Of a stretch of 64,000 nucleotides of DNA, positions 61,478 to 64,000 are shown in pieces (the first letter of the stretch is position 1; each line of letters starts with the position of its first letter). Source of the stretch: the human T2T-CHM13v2.0 reference genome, Homo sapiens; assembly GCF_009914755.1 (NCBI RefSeq), contig NC_060926.1; one strand, given 5' to 3'. Under the pieces are notes generated by a model that ran no database searches, had not been told where the DNA came from, and worked only from the letters and a program-made list of their open reading frames with translations. A program made the position numbers and the translations under genes.

Positions 61478-64000
<2,523 letters not shown>

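Overview
Repeat-dense primate genomic DNA, AT-rich, with no recognisable host protein-coding exon. It is most likely human, because one L1 carries the ACG 3'-UTR diagnostic. Every long ORF in the track derives from LINE-1, Alu or ERV sequence. Main contents: (1) a very young 5'-inverted (twin-primed) L1 of the ACG/A class with a 13-bp TSD and an uninterrupted ORF2 RT/C-terminal frame (28.5-31.8 kb); (2) a full-length, disabled L1PA3-type element on the minus strand (51.3-57.3 kb) with an open antisense ORF0 and no visible TSD; (3) a 5'-truncated L1PA on the plus strand running off the window end; (4) several older L1s, six Alus, solo LTRs (MER52/LTR1-like, MER34, MER31, LTR40, MLT1, MST), DNA transposons (MER47A, MER91A, MER5), MIR/L2 relics and a degenerate ERVL pol. 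Best leads: a predicted in-frame splice fusion of L1 ORF0 to a unique downstream exon with a poly(A) signal; rare alleles, including a stop codon, shared among the three young L1 copies (gene conversion or an assembly artefact); a palindrome of two inverted TCF/LEF sites; and a templated-insertion scar. Subfamily names come from remembered consensus sequences, not from a search, and boundaries of old repeats are approximate. No clearly new biological system can be claimed from the sequence alone.
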